A model generated the notes under the pieces. That model saw only the letters and a list, made by a program, of their open reading frames with translations. It did not search any database and was not told where the DNA came from. 64,000 nt of DNA. Source: Candidatus Latescibacterota bacterium (lineage in GTDB: Bacteria > Latescibacterota > UBA2968 > UBA8231). This document shows, piece after piece, positions 28,168-36,963 of this stretch. The stretch spans positions 160,001 through 224,000 of the forward strand of contig OZ242005.1 in NCBI GenBank assembly GCA_965204725.1. Reading direction: 5' to 3'. Made by a program: the position numbers and the translations under genes. Positions within the stretch are counted from its first letter, which is position 1; each line of letters begins with the position of its first letter.

Positions 28168-28221
28168 CTGGATTCCCGCCCCGTGTCGGGGCACGGGGTG
28201 ACGTCCGTTCGCGGAAATGAC
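28168..28221. repeat. Composite REP: ATTCCC..GGAAT palindrome with nested ccccgtgtcggggcacgggg hairpin
   Basis: Same architecture at 43746-43800. Confidence 0.85.
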
Positions 28222-28252
28222 TCCTAGTAACGCTTCTTAGAAAGGAATATCT

Positions 28253-29233
28253 ATGAAAAAAACATGGCTGCTGAGTCTGCTGCTGATCGCCTGCGGTCCG
28301 CTAGACGACGCGCCCGATGCACTCAAGATCGGCTACGTGATCAACTTCATGTCGCACGAGTGGTATCAAAACATTAGCAAGTCGGCAACGGCGCGGGCCG
28401 CCGAGTTGGGCGTTGAACTGATCGTCGCCGATGCCAACCTCGACGTGGCAGCGCAAATCTCCAAGGCCGAGAACCTGCTCGCCCAAGGGGTCGAGGTGCT
28501 GATTTTGTCGCCCGTCGATGCCAAGGCGATGGGGCCGGTGGTGCGGCAGGCCAAGGCCGCGGGGACCAAGGTGATTACCGAGTCCAACCCCGTGCCTGGG
28601 GCCGATAGCTACGTGGGGATCGACAACTACGCCGGCGGGGTCAAGGCCGGCGCGTGGTTTGCCGAGCACGCCCAAGCCAAAGGACTCGACCCCCAGATCC
28701 TCATCGTCGGCTTCCCCAACTTTGAGGACTGTCGGCAGCGGGTCGCCGGGTTCAAGGACGCACTCGCGGCCTCGGGGCTGGCCTATCGGATCGTCCAAGA
28801 GGTCGATGGGCAGGGCCTTAAGGAAAAGGCCTTCAAGGTGGCGCAAGACGCGCTGACGGCCAACCCGCACATCAACGCGATCTACGGTATCAACGACGAT
28901 TCGACGACCGGCGGCATGGCGGCCTACAAAGCCGCGGGCCTCGACGAAGCAGCACTAACGGCGATCGGCTTTGGCTTCGAGGGCACGGTCGGGCAGACAG
29001 CCCTCACCGGCGACACGCCCTACGAGGCGGCCCTAGCCATGTTTCCCAACTTCGTCGGCGCGACCCTGATTGACGCGGCCTTGCAGTTGAGCGAGGGCCA
29101 AGCGTTGCCCCCCCACTACGAGACGCCGACGGTCGTGGTCACCCGCGACGCGCTCGGCCGCTTCTACGACGTGAGCACCGAGCCGCCCTTCGCGCTCAAG
29201 GTGGATGCGGTGCGGGCCTTGATGGTGCAATGA
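28253..29233 (+). CDS. Monosaccharide ABC transporter substrate-binding lipoprotein (RbsB-like)
   Basis: Lipobox LIAC; VGIDNY..G, INAIYGINDD. Confidence 0.9.
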   Translation: MKKTWLLSLLLIACGPLDDAPDALKIGYVINFMSHEWYQNISKSATARAAELGVELIVADANLDVAAQISKAENLLAQGVEVLILSPVDAKAMGPVVRQAKAAGTKVITESNPVPGADSYVGIDNYAGGVKAGAWFAEHAQAKGLDPQILIVGFPNFEDCRQRVAGFKDALAASGLAYRIVQEVDGQGLKEKAFKVAQDALTANPHINAIYGINDDSTTGGMAAYKAAGLDEAALTAIGFGFEGTVGQTALTGDTPYEAALAMFPNFVGATLIDAALQLSEGQALPPHYETPTVVVTRDALGRFYDVSTEPPFALKVDAVRALMVQ

Positions 29234-30201
29234 ACCGCTTGCTGTCGAGGATGCTACACAGCGAGCAGGCCGGGCTGCTGCTGGCGCTGGTCTTGCTCTG
29301 CGTGGGGATTTCCCTGCTGACGCCGGTTTTCTTTACGGCCGTCAACATCAAGAATGTGCTGCGCGACGCCTCGCTGGTGGCCATCGTCGGGATCGGCATG
29401 GTCATGATCATCCTACTCGGGGAGATCGACCTGAGCGTCGGCTCAACCCAAGCCGTAGTCGGGATCATCGCCGTGGCGGTGCTCAATCAATTTGAGAGCG
29501 TGGCACTGGCACTGGGGGCCGCATTGGCCGCCGGGGCCCTCATCGGGCTGTGCAACGGCCTGTTGGTCACCAAGACGGGCATCAACTCCCTGATCGCGAC
29601 CTTAGGCATGATGGCGATTTTGCGCGGCGCGGCCATGGTCAGCACCCAAGCGGTATCCATCCAAGGCAAAGTAGAAGGCTTCGTCGAAGTGGGGACCGGC
29701 TACTGGGGGCCAATTCCGATCCCGGTGGTGGCGACCTTTGCCCTCTTAGGGCTGTTTTACTACGTGCTGCACCACACCATTCTCGGCCGCTATATCTACG
29801 CCATCGGCGGCAACATCCAAGCGGCGCGGCTGGCGGGCTTGGCCGTCGATCGCACGCGCATCTTGGTCTTTGTGCTCGGCGGCGTGCTGGCCGCGTTGAG
29901 CGCCTTTATCTTGGCCTCGCGCCTCAACTCCGGGCAGCCGAATGCCGGCTTGGGGTTTGAGTTGCAGGTGATCGCGGCGGTGATCTTGGGCGGCATAAGC
30001 CTGACCGGCGGCGTGGGGACGCTCGGCGGTGCTTTTATCGGCATCCTGATCCTGACGGTGCTCTCCAACGGCTTGGTGCTTTTGAACGTGTCGTCCTTCT
30101 ACCACGATATAGTGCGCGGCGCGGTAATTATCCTAGCCGTGTATCTGGACACTCGGCGCAAGCAGAGCCTGCTGCGGCGGCTCCTCGCCCCCCCGACATG
30201 A
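29230..30201 (+). CDS. Monosaccharide ABC transporter permease (RbsC-like)
   Basis: IDLSVGS, GRYIYAIGGN..AARLAG, GFELQVIAAVILGG. Confidence 0.93.
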   Translation: MNRLLSRMLHSEQAGLLLALVLLCVGISLLTPVFFTAVNIKNVLRDASLVAIVGIGMVMIILLGEIDLSVGSTQAVVGIIAVAVLNQFESVALALGAALAAGALIGLCNGLLVTKTGINSLIATLGMMAILRGAAMVSTQAVSIQGKVEGFVEVGTGYWGPIPIPVVATFALLGLFYYVLHHTILGRYIYAIGGNIQAARLAGLAVDRTRILVFVLGGVLAALSAFILASRLNSGQPNAGLGFELQVIAAVILGGISLTGGVGTLGGAFIGILILTVLSNGLVLLNVSSFYHDIVRGAVIILAVYLDTRRKQSLLRRLLAPPT

Positions 30202-31688
30202 CCCCGCTTTGCTCCTTAGAGGATATTCACAAGCGCTTCCCCGGCGTCTATGCGCTCAAAGGCGTTGATTTTGCGGTGCGGCGCGGGGAAGTCCACGCGC
30301 TGGTCGGGGAAAACGGCGCGGGCAAGAGCACCTTGATAAAAATTGCGGCCGGCGTGTACCGCTGCGACCGGGGCCGCTATCAGATCGCCGGCCGCCCCGT
30401 AGATATGCGCCATCCGCGCCAAGCCCTCGACCACGGGCTGGCGGTCGTGTACCAAGAGTTGGAGTTGGTCCCCTCGCTGTCGGTGGCCGAGAATTTGTTC
30501 TTTGGCCGCCTGCCGCACGGGCGCGGTGGGCGCGTCCAGTGGAACGCGCTCTACGACGCTTCCGCAACGCTGTTGGCCGAAGTCGGGCTGGCGGTCGATC
30601 CGCAGACCAAGGTAGGGCATTTAGGCGTGGCCGCGCAGCAATTGGTCGAGATCGCCCGGGCCTTGGCCGGCGACGCCCAAATAATCGTCATGGACGAGCC
30701 GACCTCGGCCCTGAGTACGCGCGAGATCGACAAGCTGTTCGCGCTCATCGGCCGACTCAAGGCGCGCGGCGTGGGCGTGGTCTATGTATCTCATAAGCTC
30801 GCCGAGGTCATGGCGCTGGCCGACCGGGTGACGGTCTTGCGCGACGGAGTGCGCGTCGCCTGCGCGCCGGCCACCGACCTCGACGAGGAGCAACTCATCG
30901 CGCTCATGGTCGGGCGGGCGTTGGGCCAAGGGTTTCCGGCGGCCGATCGCACCCTGGGGCCGGGGGTGCTAACGGTGGAGGGGTTGACCACGGACCGGGT
31001 GCGGGATATTTCCTTCCGGGTGTGCGCTGGGGAAATCGTCGGGTTTTCCGGGCTGATGGGCGCGGGGCGCACCGAACTGGCGCGGGCCGTGCTGGGGGCG
31101 GATCGCCGCCGCGCTGGGACGGTCGCCATCGGCGGGGTCGCCGTGCCGGCAAACGCACCGGAGCGGGCGCGCACCTTGGGGTTGGGACTCGTGCCGGAGG
31201 ATCGCCGGGCCGACGGCCTGTTCGCGCAGCAGAGCGTACGGGCCAACGCGAGTGTCGCAGCCTTGGAGCAGTTTTGCCGCGCTGGGCACGTGCAAACGGG
31301 CCTGGAGCGGCAGCAAGTTGGCGCACTCATTGCGCGCCTGCGCGTCCGTCCCCCCGACCAAGAGCAGGCCATCGCCCGGCTCAGCGGCGGCAATCAGCAA
31401 AAGGCGCTGCTGGCCCGCTGGCTGCTCAAGGAAAACCTGCGGGTGCTGCTCGTGGATGAGCCGACCCGGGGAATCGATGTCGGCGCCAAGGCCGAAATTT
31501 ATCAACTGCTGGACGAACTGGCGCGCGAGGGGCTGGCGATCGCGATCTTCTCCTCGGAAATGCCCGAAATTTTGGGGCTGTGCGACCGGGTGTACGTGAT
31601 GCGCGCCGGGCGGATCGCCGCCGAGTACAATCGAGCCGAGGCCACGCCGGAAAAACTCTTGGCCAGCGCCCTGCCCGGGGGCCGCTAA
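30198..31688 (+). CDS. Monosaccharide ABC transporter ATP-binding protein (RbsA-like)
   Basis: GENGAGKST, MDEPT, LSGGNQQK, DEPTRGIDVGAK. Confidence 0.95.
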   Translation: MTPLCSLEDIHKRFPGVYALKGVDFAVRRGEVHALVGENGAGKSTLIKIAAGVYRCDRGRYQIAGRPVDMRHPRQALDHGLAVVYQELELVPSLSVAENLFFGRLPHGRGGRVQWNALYDASATLLAEVGLAVDPQTKVGHLGVAAQQLVEIARALAGDAQIIVMDEPTSALSTREIDKLFALIGRLKARGVGVVYVSHKLAEVMALADRVTVLRDGVRVACAPATDLDEEQLIALMVGRALGQGFPAADRTLGPGVLTVEGLTTDRVRDISFRVCAGEIVGFSGLMGAGRTELARAVLGADRRRAGTVAIGGVAVPANAPERARTLGLGLVPEDRRADGLFAQQSVRANASVAALEQFCRAGHVQTGLERQQVGALIARLRVRPPDQEQAIARLSGGNQQKALLARWLLKENLRVLLVDEPTRGIDVGAKAEIYQLLDELAREGLAIAIFSSEMPEILGLCDRVYVMRAGRIAAEYNRAEATPEKLLASALPGGR

Positions 31689-31726
31689 GATCTTTCATCC
31701 CTATCCATTCCATAGAGAGGTGTACC

Positions 31727-32767
31727 GTGAAAATCCTAATCACCGGCGGCACTGGCCGCGTCGGAGCCAACCTAGCCAAAGCCCTGCTCGACAAAGGGCA
31801 CACCATCCGCTCGTTTGTCTATCCCGGCGACCAAAGCCGCGCCCACAAGCTCGACGACTTTGAGCGCGTCGAGACCCTCGAAGGCGATTTACGCAATTTT
31901 GCCGATGTGCGCCGCGCTGTTGAGGGCGTCGATGCGGTGTACCACATTGCTGCGGCCTTTGGCGGCCCCTTTGACAACCGCGAATACCTCGACATCAACG
32001 GCATGGGCACCATCAACCTGCTGGAGGCCATCCGCGAGCTAACGCCCGACCTGCACCGCTTGGTCTATGCTTCGACCGAGGCGATTTACTGGAGCAACCC
32101 TTACAGCGGCCGCTGCTTTGAAGAGCCGATCCGCGAAGATCAGGTCGCCCGCTACCAGATGATGCCTTATTTCCTGACCAAGTGGATCGGCGAAGAGTTG
32201 GTGATGAGCTATCACTTGCAGTTCGGGCTGCCATCGGTGACCACGCGCTTTGCCACGATCATTGAGCCGGGCGAATTCCTCAACGCAAACGGCTTGCCGC
32301 CCCTGTTCTTGTTGGGGCCGATCTACGAGCGGTGCAAGGACCAAGAGGGGGCCTTTGCCGAGGAGATCAGGGCCCTGTGGACGGGCCAAGACCAATTCTT
32401 GCTATCGCGGAATCCAGACGGGCGGCCCTATCGGCAGCAGTTTGCCGACGTGCGCGACATCGTCCAAGGGCTGGTATTGGCACTGGAGCGGGACGGGGCC
32501 GTGGGCGAGATGTTCAATCTGGGCGGGGCCGCGCTGTTCGATTGGGGCGAGGCTGTCCCCTATCTCGCCGAGCGCTTCGGGCTGGAGTTCGTGGAGGCGC
32601 GACGACCGGATTGGAACTTTTTCGAGCTGGATTTGACGAACATCAAGGAAAAGCTGGGGTTTGTGCCCGAGCACGACTTGGCGAGCATACTCGATGCGGC
32701 CGAGGCCATGCGGCGCGGAGAGGACGTGGGGATTATACCGACGGGGGTGCCCTTTGGGAAGGCGTAA
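31727..32767 (+). CDS. NAD-dependent epimerase/dehydratase
   Basis: SD gagagg + GTG; ILITGGTGRVG, YHIAA, YFLTK. Confidence 0.9.
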   Translation: MKILITGGTGRVGANLAKALLDKGHTIRSFVYPGDQSRAHKLDDFERVETLEGDLRNFADVRRAVEGVDAVYHIAAAFGGPFDNREYLDINGMGTINLLEAIRELTPDLHRLVYASTEAIYWSNPYSGRCFEEPIREDQVARYQMMPYFLTKWIGEELVMSYHLQFGLPSVTTRFATIIEPGEFLNANGLPPLFLLGPIYERCKDQEGAFAEEIRALWTGQDQFLLSRNPDGRPYRQQFADVRDIVQGLVLALERDGAVGEMFNLGGAALFDWGEAVPYLAERFGLEFVEARRPDWNFFELDLTNIKEKLGFVPEHDLASILDAAEAMRRGEDVGIIPTGVPFGKA

Positions 32768-32826
32768 TCACCCATATCGTGGGTGATTTTCACCCATGTC
32801 GCGGGTGATTTTCACCCATATCGTGG
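32768..32826. repeat. Tandem 22-bp palindromic repeat tcacccat(a/g)tcg(t/c)gggtgattt x2.7
   Basis: Units at 32768, 32790, 32812. Confidence 0.85.
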
Positions 32827-32868
32827 AGCGGCATCTGCATGCGTTCCTCACTAACGACGGAGGACAAA

Positions 32869-33999
32869 ATGAAAATTACTGATTTGCAGGTGATGCGGAT
32901 GGGATCGGAGGGTGCGAACAATTGGACGTTTGTAAAAATTGAGACGGACGCCGGGATTTGCGGGTGGGGCGAGGCCAGTTTGCAGTTTAAGGACGACGGA
33001 TTGATCGGCGAGTTTGCGGCGTTCAAGCGTTTTCTGCTAGGCAAAAATCCGTTTGAAATCGAGCGGATCTGGACTTCCCTGTATCGGCGGGTGACGTGGT
33101 CGGGTGGGCCGGTGACGACGAGCGCGATTAGTGCGATTGATCTGGCGTTGTGGGACATCAAAGGCAAAGCCTTGGGCGTCCCCGTGTACGAATTGCTAGG
33201 CGGAAGATCGCACGACAAAATTCGCATGTACGCCAATGGGTGGCCGCGAAAGAACAACACGCCTGAAGGGATTGCCGAGGGCGTAAAACGGGTGGTCGAT
33301 CAGGGCTATGAAGCGTTGAAGTTTTACCCTTTTCGCGGCGCACAGGTGGCGACGATCGCACGGATTCAGCACGGGATCGTCCTCGTGGAAGCGGCGCGCA
33401 AAGCGGCCGGGTCGCAAATTGAAATAGGGATTGACATTCGCGCGCGATTGAATATGTGGAGCGCACGGCGGGTGGCGCAGGAATTGGAACCTTATAACAT
33501 TGCGTGGATGGAAGAGCCGATTTTGTGGGACAATCCACACGCGCTGGCGCAATTTGCCCACGAGGTGAATGTGCCCATTGCGACCGGGGAACAGTTGTAC
33601 ACGCGCTGGGAATTTCGCGAACTATTGGAGCTAAACGCGGTCGGGCTTATTCAGCCGGATATTTGCCATGCCGGCGGCATCACTGAATTGAAGAAAATTG
33701 CCGCCATGGCCGAAACCTATTACGTGCCAATAGCACCCCACAACTCCAACGGGCCGATTTCAACCATCGCCAGCCTGCATTTAGATATGTGCATTCACAA
33801 CAGTTTGATGCAGGAAATTTTTGTGTCGTCTATTGAGCGGTACAACAAGGTGCTCACCCAGCCGATTGAAGTAACCGATGGACATTGTGTGCCACCTGAA
33901 GGGCCGGGTTGGGGCGTGGAGTTGCAAGAAGACGTCGTGGCGCAACATCCTCCTAAGTCGTTTACGCCGATTGAGTCTGAACCCTACATGGAATTTTAG
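32869..33999 (+). CDS. Mandelate racemase family, galactonate dehydratase-like
   Basis: FVKIETDAG..GWGEA, SAIDLALWDIKGK, WMEEP, ATGE, QPDICHAGGITE, APHN; visibly lower GC than neighbours. Confidence 0.9.
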   Translation: MKITDLQVMRMGSEGANNWTFVKIETDAGICGWGEASLQFKDDGLIGEFAAFKRFLLGKNPFEIERIWTSLYRRVTWSGGPVTTSAISAIDLALWDIKGKALGVPVYELLGGRSHDKIRMYANGWPRKNNTPEGIAEGVKRVVDQGYEALKFYPFRGAQVATIARIQHGIVLVEAARKAAGSQIEIGIDIRARLNMWSARRVAQELEPYNIAWMEEPILWDNPHALAQFAHEVNVPIATGEQLYTRWEFRELLELNAVGLIQPDICHAGGITELKKIAAMAETYYVPIAPHNSNGPISTIASLHLDMCIHNSLMQEIFVSSIERYNKVLTQPIEVTDGHCVPPEGPGWGVELQEDVVAQHPPKSFTPIESEPYMEF

Positions 34000-34081
34000 A
34001 GCAACTCGACTTTTCGGCTTTGGTGCATAAATCGGCGGTTTTTTGCTGTTGAACAAAGACAATTTTCAATGTCGATACGGC

Positions 34082-35044
34082 TTACGTTTTCGCCGCGATC
34101 TCGGCCGCCTCAATCTGATCCACGAGCGCAACCGAGTGTATCACGTCGCGGATGTCGGTAATCGGCGGCCGGTTTTCAACCACGCAATCCACAAAGTGCT
34201 CGTGCATGGTCAAAACCCCTTCGTAGCAAGGCACGTCGTCTGGGGGCATCCCGTCGATTTCCCAGCCGCCGAGGGTGCGGACTTGGTTGTCCTCGTGGAT
34301 TTCGATTTCACCGGGAATTTTCATGTAGCAGCCAATGCCCACGCCGTGTAGCTCCGAGCGCAACACCCGCCCGCCCGAGGCGCGGTTGCCGAGCATCACG
34401 CCGGTCGCGCGGTTGTCAAAGCGCACCAGCGCGGTGTAGTGGTCGAAACCCGCGCCGCCGAATTGGTCTTGGTACGCGGTGACCTCCACCGGCTCGCCGC
34501 CAGCCATGTAGCGCAGGAGATCGACGATGTGGATCAGGTCGTTCCACAAGGTGGTGGTGAACTCGTCGCCGCGCTGGGGGAGCTGTTTGTTGAAGGTCGT
34601 CGTCGCCAGCGACACGGGGCCTTTAGCCGCAACCAGACGCATGGCTTCGCGGGTGACGGCCGCGTAGCGGCGCTGGAGACCCACCATCACCCAGACGCCG
34701 CGGCGCTCGGCCGCCGCCAAAATCGCCCGGGTCTCGTCGCTGTTGGCCCCCGGCGGCTTTTCGATAAACAGGTGCTTGCCGGCCTCGATGCAGTCGAGGG
34801 CGGGCCGCAGCAGCCACTGCTCGTTCATCACGCAATAGACCAAGTCCGGGTCGATCTCGTCGAGCAGGGCGCGGTGATCGCGGTAGGTGCGCGTAAAGCC
34901 GTATTTTTCCGCTACTTGCGCGAGGCGTTGCTCGTCCAATTCGCACACCGCGGCCATCTGCACTCGGTCGGCGAGGCGCTGGACCGACGGGTAGTGGGCG
35001 CTCTGGGCGCGGCCTCCCGCGCCGATGAATCCCGCTTTAAGCAT
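34082..35044 (-). CDS. Gfo/Idh/MocA oxidoreductase
   Basis: GFIGAGG, HLFIEKP, VGLQRRY, IHIVDL. Confidence 0.92.
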   Translation of the reverse strand: MLKAGFIGAGGRAQSAHYPSVQRLADRVQMAAVCELDEQRLAQVAEKYGFTRTYRDHRALLDEIDPDLVYCVMNEQWLLRPALDCIEAGKHLFIEKPPGANSDETRAILAAAERRGVWVMVGLQRRYAAVTREAMRLVAAKGPVSLATTTFNKQLPQRGDEFTTTLWNDLIHIVDLLRYMAGGEPVEVTAYQDQFGGAGFDHYTALVRFDNRATGVMLGNRASGGRVLRSELHGVGIGCYMKIPGEIEIHEDNQVRTLGGWEIDGMPPDDVPCYEGVLTMHEHFVDCVVENRPPITDIRDVIHSVALVDQIEAAEIAAKT

Positions 35045-35876
35045 GACCTTCCCCCCTCTGGCACAAAGCCGCAAAAAAGCGCACATCAATGCGCGCCAAG
35101 TCGATAACGGTCTCAACCGGCTCGCCGCTGTACTCGCTGTGGAAACTAACCGGGCCGGTAAAATCCAGCCGCTTTAAGGTCTCGACGACTGCGGGCCAAT
35201 CGACAAAGCCCTGCCCCAGGCGCACGACGCCCGTGGTGGGCGCGCCCTGCCGAGCGATGCCCAAAGGCCGCTGGTGAACCAAATCCTTAAACGCGACCAG
35301 ACACAAGTGCGAGCGCACAATGTCGAGGGCCATGGCGATCGGCTCGCCGCACAGCGCCAAGTGCCCCGGATCGGCGAAGATGCCCACGTATTGCGGGTCG
35401 CAGTCGCGGACGATGTTCATGGCGGCGCAGGCATTAAGGCCCATAGACGCGCCCGAATGATTGTGAATGGCGGTTTTGACGCCGTACTTTTCCGACAGCG
35501 CTTGAAACCCCTGCACCCAGCCGCGCACCTCGTCTAACTGCGTCCAATAGGGCACGTCCGGCTGCCAGTGCCAGTAGCCGAGCTTGACGTGGGCCACGCC
35601 CGCCGCGCCCAAGGCCGCGTAATACCGTTCCGCGTAGTCAAGGTCCGGGCGGTTGAAGTCGCCCGGGGCCGTGACCAAGGGGATGCAGAGGCCCGCGTCG
35701 GCAAAGCGGCGCACGGCCTCCGGCAGGGCCGTGGCCACATTGGCCGGGTTGACTGGGTAGCCATCGCGCACGCATAAATCGGCCCCTTCGACGCCAATGG
35801 AGTGCAAAGCGTCGATGAGTTGCGGAACATCAAGGCCCTCTAAGTGCTTGGTAAATGCGATATACGTCCGGTCCAC
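35037..35876 (-). CDS. Sugar phosphate isomerase/epimerase (xylose isomerase-like TIM barrel)
   Basis: IHNHSG, DPGH, AFKD, LGQGFVDW, SFHSEY. Confidence 0.88.
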   Translation of the reverse strand: MDRTYIAFTKHLEGLDVPQLIDALHSIGVEGADLCVRDGYPVNPANVATALPEAVRRFADAGLCIPLVTAPGDFNRPDLDYAERYYAALGAAGVAHVKLGYWHWQPDVPYWTQLDEVRGWVQGFQALSEKYGVKTAIHNHSGASMGLNACAAMNIVRDCDPQYVGIFADPGHLALCGEPIAMALDIVRSHLCLVAFKDLVHQRPLGIARQGAPTTGVVRLGQGFVDWPAVVETLKRLDFTGPVSFHSEYSGEPVETVIDLARIDVRFFAALCQRGEGHA

Positions 35877-35898
35877 GATTTGCTCCTTTCTCTATTGT

Positions 35899-35927
35899 TT
35901 GACAAAGCCTCGTAAGGGTATCAAAAT
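35899..35927 (+). promoter_or_regulatory. Putative sigma70 promoter for dioxygenase gene
   Basis: TTGACA-17-CAAAAT. Confidence 0.5.
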
Positions 35928-35968
35928 ATCGACCCAATGCCAACCAATTAAACGGAGCCTGTCGCACT

Positions 35969-36901
35969 ATGGAAGCAATCAAAATGGAACCCAGTTCTCC
36001 CATTGAGGTCCCCAAGCCGCTCGCCGCCGCCCAAGTGCAGTCCTTTGTTGACGACGGCTACCTCGTCGTGCCGGGTCTGATGGACCAAGCCGAGCTCGCC
36101 GAGCTCAAACGCGATCTCCTCGCTGTGGCGCGTGGCCGCTACGAGTGCGACAACATCGAGCCGGTCGATCCCACCACGAGCGATCAAGCGGTGCTGGAAA
36201 GCATCCTCTGTATCCACCAGCCGCACTACGTCAGTCCAGTCATCGAAAAGTACGTCCGCCACCCCAAGATATGCGGCATCCTGAGCCAGATCACGGCCGC
36301 GCACCTGCCCTTTTGGGATGGCAGCGTCAAGTGCATGCAGTCCATGTACTTCGTCAAGCCGCCCAACTTTCAGGGGCAGGCTTGGCACCAAGACGAGATC
36401 TACATCCCCACCCGGGATCGCTCGCTTATTGGCGCGTGGATCGCCGTGGATGACGCCACCGTAGGAAACGGCTGCCTATACGTCATTCCGGGGTCGCACC
36501 GGCCCGGATACCTCTACCCGCAGCGGCCCCACGAAAACCCGGACGAGTTCGACTTTGCGCCGGAGAGCTACGGCTTTGACGAGCGCGTCGAGGTTCCGGT
36601 TGAAGTGCGCGCCGGGACCCTCGTATTCTTCAACGGCTATCTCCTCCACCGCTCGTACAAGAACCGAGGCTCGACCTATCGCCGCGTCTTGGTCAACCAC
36701 TACTGCAACGCTTGGAGCCTGTTGCCTTGGAGCCTTGAAGAGGGCGAGTCGCCCGCCCGCGCCGACCGGCGCACCATCGTACCCGTGGCCGGCATTGACC
36801 CCTATGCTTGGAAGGGCTATCAAACACCGGCCAAGTCCGTGGGGCTGCGGCACTGCAAGGCCATCGACGAAATCCGCGCCGACCGCACGGAGGACGCATG
36901 A
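35969..36901 (+). CDS. Phytanoyl-CoA dioxygenase (PhyH) family 2OG-Fe(II) oxygenase
   Basis: FVDDGYLVV, KPP..GQAWHQD, WIAVDDAT..NGCL..IPGSH, LLHRS..N. Confidence 0.92.
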   Translation: MEAIKMEPSSPIEVPKPLAAAQVQSFVDDGYLVVPGLMDQAELAELKRDLLAVARGRYECDNIEPVDPTTSDQAVLESILCIHQPHYVSPVIEKYVRHPKICGILSQITAAHLPFWDGSVKCMQSMYFVKPPNFQGQAWHQDEIYIPTRDRSLIGAWIAVDDATVGNGCLYVIPGSHRPGYLYPQRPHENPDEFDFAPESYGFDERVEVPVEVRAGTLVFFNGYLLHRSYKNRGSTYRRVLVNHYCNAWSLLPWSLEEGESPARADRRTIVPVAGIDPYAWKGYQTPAKSVGLRHCKAIDEIRADRTEDA

Positions 36902-36963
36902 AAGGCACCCCGGTCAAGCTGAAGGCTCTGAAATATGTCGGGTTGAAATCCGATTGAGCGCTG

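Noticed and set aside
32768-32826. Mini CRISPR from palindromic repeats
   Set aside because: No spacers; fewer than three full units.
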